A stretch of DNA of 25,134 nucleotides from Candidatus Firestoneibacteriota bacterium (GTDB lineage Bacteria > Oederibacteriota > D2-FULL-39-29 > JBDRBU01): contig JBDRBU010000072.1 of assembly GCA_043822305.1 (NCBI GenBank), positions 1 through 25,134 of the forward strand. Reading direction: 5' to 3'. Shown here piece after piece: positions 19,780 through 25,134 of this stretch. The notes below the pieces were generated by a model. That model was not told where the DNA came from and ran no database searches. It was given only the letters and a program-made list of their open reading frames with translations. A program made the translations under genes and the position numbers. The stretch's first letter is position 1; each line of letters begins with the position of its first letter.

Positions 19780-20999
19780 AACAAAGGGGGGCAGGGGGGT
19801 TGTGTTCTTTTTTCCAACAGTGCCTTTATCTTGGTAGAAAGTCCAAATAAGTTTATAAACCCTTCTGCATCTTTATGATTATATATTTCATCCTTGCCGA
19901 ATGTGGCCATACTTTTATCATACAACGAGTATTCTGATTTTCTTCCAACAACGATACAATTCCCTTTATATAATTTAAGTTTTACTGTTCCTGTTACATT
20001 CTCCTGAGTATAGTCAATAAATCTATCAAGTGACTTCTTTAAATCAGAAGACCATAATCCATAGTAAATTAATTCTGCATATTTTGGTGCCACTAATTCC
20101 TTATAATGCATAACTTCTCTATCTAATGTAATGGATTCCAAATCTTTATGGGCTATATACAAAACTGTCCCACCAGGTGTTTCATAAACTCCTCTTGATT
20201 TCATTCCGACTAATCTATTCTCGACAATATCAATTCTACCAATACCATTTTTCCCAGCAATTTCGTTCAGTTTTTTTATCAACTGCACTGGATTATAATT
20301 TTTGCCATTGATTTTTTTCGGTATTCCTTTTTCAAAATATATTTCTAAAAAAGTAGGTTTATTTGGTGCGCTTAAAGGTGAAACTGTTAAAATAAACATA
20401 TCTTCATCAGGAGACGTCCATGGGTCTTCTAATTTTCCACCTTCATAACTAACATGCCATAAATTTCTATCTAAACTGTAAGGTTTTTCCTTTGTAACAG
20501 GAACTGATATATTGTGTGCCTGAGCATAATCAATTTCATCTTCTCTTGATTTTAAATCCCATTCTCTCCAGGGTGCTATGATTTTTAATTCTGGTGCTAA
20601 TGCCTTAAATGTAATTTCAAATCTAACTTGATCATTTCCTTTACCTGTAGCACCGTGGCATACTGCATCTGCCTTTTCTTTCTTTGCAACTTCAACAACT
20701 TTTTTTGCAATCAAAGGTCTGGCAAAAGAAGTTCCAAGTAAATATCTTCCTTCGTAAATTGCCCCCGCCTTTAAAACAGGAAATATGTAATCAGTTACAA
20801 ACTCTTTCTTTGCGTCTACTATATATATCTTACTTGCCCCTGTCTTTATAGCTTTTTTTCTTAAGGGAGATAATTCTTCTCCCTGTCCAACATCAACAGC
20901 ACAGGCAATGACATCACAGTCATAATTTTCTTTTAACCATGGAATAATCACAGAAGTATCAAGTCCTCCCGAATAGGCTAATACTACTTTTTTTAACAT
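19749..20999 (-). CDS. argG: Argininosuccinate synthase
   Basis: '[12 protein letters not shown]', '[13 protein letters not shown]', 'SRGVYETPG'. Start placed at 20999 (MLKKVV; SD AGGAG). Confidence 0.98.
   Translation of the reverse strand: MLKKVVLAYSGGLDTSVIIPWLKENYDCDVIACAVDVGQGEELSPLRKKAIKTGASKIYIVDAKKEFVTDYIFPVLKAGAIYEGRYLLGTSFARPLIAKKVVEVAKKEKADAVCHGATGKGNDQVRFEITFKALAPELKIIAPWREWDLKSREDEIDYAQAHNISVPVTKEKPYSLDRNLWHVSYEGGKLEDPWTSPDEDMFILTVSPLSAPNKPTFLEIYFEKGIPKKINGKNYNPVQLIKKLNEIAGKNGIGRIDIVENRLVGMKSRGVYETPGGTVLYIAHKDLESITLDREVMHYKELVAPKYAELIYYGLWSSDLKKSLDRFIDYTQENVTGTVKLKLYKGNCIVVGRKSEYSLYDKSMATFGKDEIYNHKDAEGFINLFGLSTKIKALLEKRTQPPCPPLLRGNKGNKGK
19770..19803. repeat. REP-like family A inside the argG 3' end
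   Basis: ATTCCCCCTTAACAAAGGGGGGCAGGGGGGTTGT; encodes [12 protein letters not shown] on the minus strand. Confidence 0.88.
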
Positions 21000-21009
21000 T
21001 TTTTCTCCT

Positions 21010-21032
21010 AAAATAGGGACACATCCCATTTT
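21010..21032. repeat. REP-like family C variant
   Basis: AAAATAGGGA-CACA-TCCCATTTT between argF and argG. Confidence 0.6.
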
Positions 21033-21946
21033 CACATTAAAAGTGATAAAACTGCTTTCTGTGCATGTAACCTATTTTCAGCCTGATCAAATGCTACAGA
21101 ATTATCCCCATCTAAAATTTCGTCTGTAATTTCCTCTCCACGATGTGCCGGTAAACAATGCATGATTAGATAATCTTTTTTACCTATCCATTCTAGCAAA
21201 TTTTTATTTATTTGAAAATCTTTAAATACTTTCTTTCTACTTTCTTTCTCTTTTTCCATGCCCATACTTGTCCAGACATCTGTATAAATAACATCGGCTA
21301 ATTTAACTCCTTCTTTTGGGTCATTCGTTATACTTATCTTCGCACTTTTATTAATATCTTTAGCCATTTTTAGAATTTTTCCTTTTGGTTCATAACCAAC
21401 TGGTGAAGATACATTTAACTCAATATTTAAAATACTACATCCAAGTATCAGCGAATTTGTAACATTATTATCTCCATCTCCTACAAATGTTATCTTAATA
21501 TTTTTTAATCCTTTTTTCTCCTGAATAGTAAATAAATCCGCTAAGATTTGACATGGATGCTCAAAATCCGATAACGCATTAATTACCGGCACATCAGAAT
21601 GCTTTGCTAATTCAACAACATTATTATGCGAATATGTTCTTAGTATTATTCCATTAACATATCTACTTAACACCTTAGCCGTATCACTTATAGTTTCGCC
21701 TCTTGATAGATGAATCTCATTAGCGCTTAAATAAATTAGATGCCCGCCTAATTCATAAATACCTACTTCAAAAGATACCCTTGTTCTTGTGGATGGTTTT
21801 TCAAATATCATGGCTACTGATTTACCTTTTAAAGACGTTTCTTTTATTTTTTTATTCTTAAATTCCTTTGCCTTTTTCAATATAAATAGTATCTCGTCCT
21901 TGGATAAATCTGCTATGGATACTAAATCTTTATTTTTCAATTTCAC
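21032..21946 (-). CDS. argF: Ornithine carbamoyltransferase
   Basis: STRTR, HPCQ, 'YTDVWTSMG', HCLP; GTG start with SD GGAGG. Confidence 0.98.
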   Translation of the reverse strand: MKLKNKDLVSIADLSKDEILFILKKAKEFKNKKIKETSLKGKSVAMIFEKPSTRTRVSFEVGIYELGGHLIYLSANEIHLSRGETISDTAKVLSRYVNGIILRTYSHNNVVELAKHSDVPVINALSDFEHPCQILADLFTIQEKKGLKNIKITFVGDGDNNVTNSLILGCSILNIELNVSSPVGYEPKGKILKMAKDINKSAKISITNDPKEGVKLADVIYTDVWTSMGMEKEKESRKKVFKDFQINKNLLEWIGKKDYLIMHCLPAHRGEEITDEILDGDNSVAFDQAENRLHAQKAVLSLLM

Positions 21947-21967
21947 TTTCAGACAACCTCCTTAAAT

Positions 21968-22008
21968 TAGGGACAGCGACTATTTTATAGTTGCCCAATT
22001 TATTGGGC
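21968..22008. repeat. Abutting family C and family B REP-like repeats
   Basis: TAGGGACAGCGACTATTTT followed directly by ATAGTTGCCCAATTTATTGGGC. Confidence 0.8.
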
Positions 22009-22030
22009 ACCACATTACGAATCTAACAGT

Positions 22031-22039
22031 ATTATATCA
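22031..22039 (-). promoter_or_regulatory. Extended -10 promoter candidate for argF-argG-argH
   Basis: TGATATAAT 85 nt upstream of argF; weak -35 (TTTAAT) at 17-nt spacing. Confidence 0.5.
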
Positions 22040-22072
22040 AAAAGTTTTGAATTATTAAAGGGAAAAAGTATA

Positions 22073-22146
22073 TATTCAGTAAAAATTCCCCCTTAACAAA
22101 GGGGGAATATGGGAATATAATCCTCACGGCTTTCACTGACTATTTA
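22073..22146. repeat. Collapsed copy of the composite element at 24926-25134
   Basis: 22085-22146 matches 25073-25133 with 3 differences; the left flank TATTCAGT(A/G)AAA is shared with 24926. Confidence 0.88.
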
Positions 22147-22163
22147 TAAAAAAAATGTTATAT

Positions 22164-23732
22164 CTACTTTTGAAGATTATCAGCAATTTTTATTTCGAGA
22201 ATTCTATCTACTCTGAAAACACGGTTTTCGTTCCTTTTAAAACAGTATGCTTCTAAACCTAAAAATTTTCTTTCATTATATAAACATTCTCCAACTCTTA
22301 TTGGCTTAATAATTCGTTTTGTTTTTTCATCGCTTGTTTTTAAATATATAATTTTAAGACAATTATTATTTTTAATAGCTTGATTTATTAATTCGACTTT
22401 TTTATCAATAGGTATACCTTTTTCAGAAATAGCATACTGGTATTTTGTCATAAAATTAACAACACGCCAGTCCATCCAAATATGATATTTTTTAATCGGT
22501 TTTTTTAGTATAATTCCACCGAATGATGTACATCGGCTAAGGGCAACATACATCTGTCCATGGGCAAATGTTCCTCTGCCAACATCAATAATTACTTTGT
22601 TAAATGTCTTCCCCTGCCCCTTGTGTATCGTCACGGCCCAGGCTAATTTCATGGGATATTGAGTAAAATGGCCTTTTATTTCAGTTTCAAGCTGCCCTTT
22701 TTCTTTATTAAAATTATAATGGAACAAATCCCATTCATGAGGCAGGACATCTACCCGACTTCCATCAGATGTTTCAACTACAACCATCTCATCGCGACCA
22801 TTATCGTTTTTTACTATATCCACAATTTTGCCAATGGTTCCATTTACCCATCTCCCAAGAGAATCATTGTTAAGCATCATAACTTGTGAATCAACTTTTA
22901 GATTTAATTCATAATCAGTTGGAAAACTTTTTTCGTTAAAATCTCCTTCTGTTTCTGCTTTATGGGTAAAAATTTTTGTGTTTAATTTGCTTAATTCCTC
23001 TTCGTTTATTTTCGTAGCCATATCATTTGTGGTTGTTAGATATATTGAATATTTTGAATCAATATTACTATCAAATTCGGCACCAACTCTATCATTAATC
23101 AAATTTAATTCTTCTTCGGTTATTGAATTATTTCTCACTTTATTTAACAACATTATAAAATTTTCATCTTTTTGTCTGTACACTTTTTCAAACTCAATAA
23201 ACTCTATCGGTAAATTTTCAAACACTTCCGCATCAAAAAAATACGGACTTTTGTAATGAGATTTAAACATTTCTTTTTCTTTTGAGGTTACTACCGGTGG
23301 GAGTTGATATAAATCACCTATAAAAATCATCCTGGTTCCGCCAAATGGTTTTCGGGTACTTTTTCCGTTTAACTTTAAAAATTTACCGATGCAATCAAGT
23401 AAATCTGCTCTAACCATAGAGACTTCATCTATGATTATTGTGTCTATTTTTTTGTAAATAGTACCACCTTTGCCTTTATGCTTCTTTATTTTTTGGAGAG
23501 TAATGTCCGGCTTAAAATGGAAGAATGAATGTATGGTTTCTCCCTTTACATTTAATGCGGCCACACCGGTAGGAGCCAGGACAATCACTTCTCTTTTGGT
23601 ATTATTTCGGAAGTATTCCAGAAAGGTTGACTTGCCTGTCCCTGCTTTCCCTGTAATTAAAATATTGTCATTGGTATTTTCTGCCTGGTTTAATGCTTTT
23701 TTAAATTCTTCATTTAATTCTATTGTTTTCAT
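22164..23732 (-). CDS. Pif1-family SF1B helicase with C-terminal WYL domain
   Basis: GKAGTGKS, APTGVAA, DEVSMV, GDLYQLPPV, 'QYPMKLAWAVTIHKGQG', 'GQMYVALSR'; C-terminal 'Y...TKRIIKP...LEAYC.KR.E.RVFRVDRI' (WYL). Confidence 0.92.
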   Translation of the reverse strand: MKTIELNEEFKKALNQAENTNDNILITGKAGTGKSTFLEYFRNNTKREVIVLAPTGVAALNVKGETIHSFFHFKPDITLQKIKKHKGKGGTIYKKIDTIIIDEVSMVRADLLDCIGKFLKLNGKSTRKPFGGTRMIFIGDLYQLPPVVTSKEKEMFKSHYKSPYFFDAEVFENLPIEFIEFEKVYRQKDENFIMLLNKVRNNSITEEELNLINDRVGAEFDSNIDSKYSIYLTTTNDMATKINEEELSKLNTKIFTHKAETEGDFNEKSFPTDYELNLKVDSQVMMLNNDSLGRWVNGTIGKIVDIVKNDNGRDEMVVVETSDGSRVDVLPHEWDLFHYNFNKEKGQLETEIKGHFTQYPMKLAWAVTIHKGQGKTFNKVIIDVGRGTFAHGQMYVALSRCTSFGGIILKKPIKKYHIWMDWRVVNFMTKYQYAISEKGIPIDKKVELINQAIKNNNCLKIIYLKTSDEKTKRIIKPIRVGECLYNERKFLGLEAYCFKRNENRVFRVDRILEIKIADNLQK

Positions 23733-24915
23733 CTGTTAATACTTCATCTAATGTATTTACAACTTTATCTACATCTTTTTTAGTAATTATTAAAGGTGGT
23801 AAAAATCTTAAAACGGTCTCATTTGTGCAGTTTATAAGAATACAATGTTCAAATAATTTTTTTACAATTTCTTTTCCAGAAAGATTTAATTCCAGACCAA
23901 GCATTAAGCCAATTCCTCGAACATCTTTTATAAAATCATACTTTTCTTTTAATTTTAATAATCTATTTAGAAAATATTTTCCCACCTCATTAACATTATC
24001 AAGAATTTTTTCCTTACGCAAGACATTTAAAACGGCAACAGCGGCCGAGCAAACAACAGGACCTCCACCAAAAGTAGATGCATGAGAACCATATATAAAA
24101 TTAGATGCAACTTTATCAACGGCAATCATAACTCCCAGAGGAAGCCCCCCACCAATTCCCTTAGCTAAAGTTAGAATATCTGGCTTTATTCCATAATGTT
24201 CAAAAGCAAACATTTTACCCGTTCTACCCAATCCTGTTTGAATTTCATCAAGTATTAATAGCAGATTTTTCTCGTCACAAATTTTCCTTACTTCTTTAAA
24301 ATAATTTGGCGCTGGAACACTAACACCACCTTCACCCTGAATGGGTTCTAACATCACGGCACAGGTATTATCAGAAATTGCTTTTCTTAAATCATCTAGA
24401 TCATTAAACTTAACATATTTAAATCCAGGTAGGAGTGGTTCAAATCCCTTGTGAAACTTTTCCTGCCCTGTGGCCGTTAATGCCCCAAAAGTTCTGCCAT
24501 GAAAGGAATTATATGCAGTAATTATTTCGTATTTATCCTGGCCAATATTTTCTTTCGAATATTTTCTGGCTAACTTGATTGCTCCTTCATTTGCTTCTGC
24601 TCCACTATTTGCAAAAAAACATTTATCTAAACCGGTTAGTTCACCTAACATTTTTGCTAATTTAATCTGAGGTATGGTGTAATATAAATTTGAAGTGTGA
24701 CTTAATTTACTAATTTGATTTCTAATGGCAAATACAATTTTTGGAAAAGAGTGCCCTAAAGTATTAACACCAATCCCGGAGATAAAATCCAAATACTCTT
24801 TTCCATCCAAGCCGATAAGTTTAACACCTTTCCCTTTTGTAAAAACAACGGGAAATCTGTTATATGTTTGCATTATATATCTTTTTTCTTCGTTTATTAG
24901 TTCTTGTGTATTCAT
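23710..24915 (-). CDS. argD: Acetylornithine aminotransferase
   Basis: Class III PLP enzyme: 'NSGAEANE', 'SFHGRT', 'EPIQGEGG', 'DEIQTG.GRTG', 'AKGIGGG', 'HASTFGG'; arg gene context. Confidence 0.93.
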   Translation of the reverse strand: MNTQELINEEKRYIMQTYNRFPVVFTKGKGVKLIGLDGKEYLDFISGIGVNTLGHSFPKIVFAIRNQISKLSHTSNLYYTIPQIKLAKMLGELTGLDKCFFANSGAEANEGAIKLARKYSKENIGQDKYEIITAYNSFHGRTFGALTATGQEKFHKGFEPLLPGFKYVKFNDLDDLRKAISDNTCAVMLEPIQGEGGVSVPAPNYFKEVRKICDEKNLLLILDEIQTGLGRTGKMFAFEHYGIKPDILTLAKGIGGGLPLGVMIAVDKVASNFIYGSHASTFGGGPVVCSAAVAVLNVLRKEKILDNVNEVGKYFLNRLLKLKEKYDFIKDVRGIGLMLGLELNLSGKEIVKKLFEHCILINCTNETVLRFLPPLIITKKDVDKVVNTLDEVLTDENNRIK

Positions 24916-24925
24916 TTTTCGTAAG

Positions 24926-25134
24926 TATTCAGTGAAAGCCTCTAATTTTTAATTCCCCCTTAATAAAGGGGGTTAGGGGGTTGTTCTTTTAACGCTTAAA
25001 TTTCATGAATTCTAATAATCGTTGCCGTTCCATATCGTATTGTCATAGATATTCATAACAACAACCCCCTTGATTCCCCTTAACAAAGGGGGAATATGGA
25101 AATATAATCCTCACGGCTTTTACTGACTATTTAC
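24926..25134. mobile_element. Nested non-autonomous mini-element: outer inverted repeat, two inverted family A repeats, ~75-bp core
   Basis: Outer IR TCAGTGAAAGCC (24929-24940) / GGCTTTTACTGA (25115-25126); family A at 24952-24985 and inverted at 25060-25095; the core translates (minus strand) QYDMERQRLLEF. Confidence 0.6.

Noticed and set aside
21947..22160. ArgR boxes or an amino-acid riboswitch/T-box upstream of argF
   Set aside because: No convincing paired ARG box or T-box motif; the structure present is explained by the repeat families.

Overview
AT-rich bacterial chromosomal segment with every supported gene on the minus strand. In transcription order (right to left) it holds argD, a Pif1-family helicase with a C-terminal WYL domain, argF-argG-argH, guaA, atpG-atpD-atpC (no atpA adjacent), an RRM RNA-binding protein with a long structured leader, prfB (+1 programmed frameshift), a complete moxR/DUF58/batA-E cluster with an extra TPR-SurA-like lipoprotein, a HEAT-repeat protein and a DUF4159 protein. 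The left ~1.37 kb looks like the edge of an integrated island. Only the 5' half of tRNA-Arg(CCT) is present, broken at the anticodon arm into a tyrosine-integrase-like core site with arm-type repeats. Beyond it lies a frameshifted AlbA_2/RecG-like pseudogene cut by an IS3-family element. Many intergenic gaps carry short palindromic REP-like repeats from several families, and some have invaded coding sequence (argG, argH, possibly atpC). At the right end is a nested REP-bounded mini-element with what look like DUF559 endonuclease remnants; a collapsed copy of it lies ~2.9 kb away. All calls come from reading the sequence and recalling motifs; no database searches were run.
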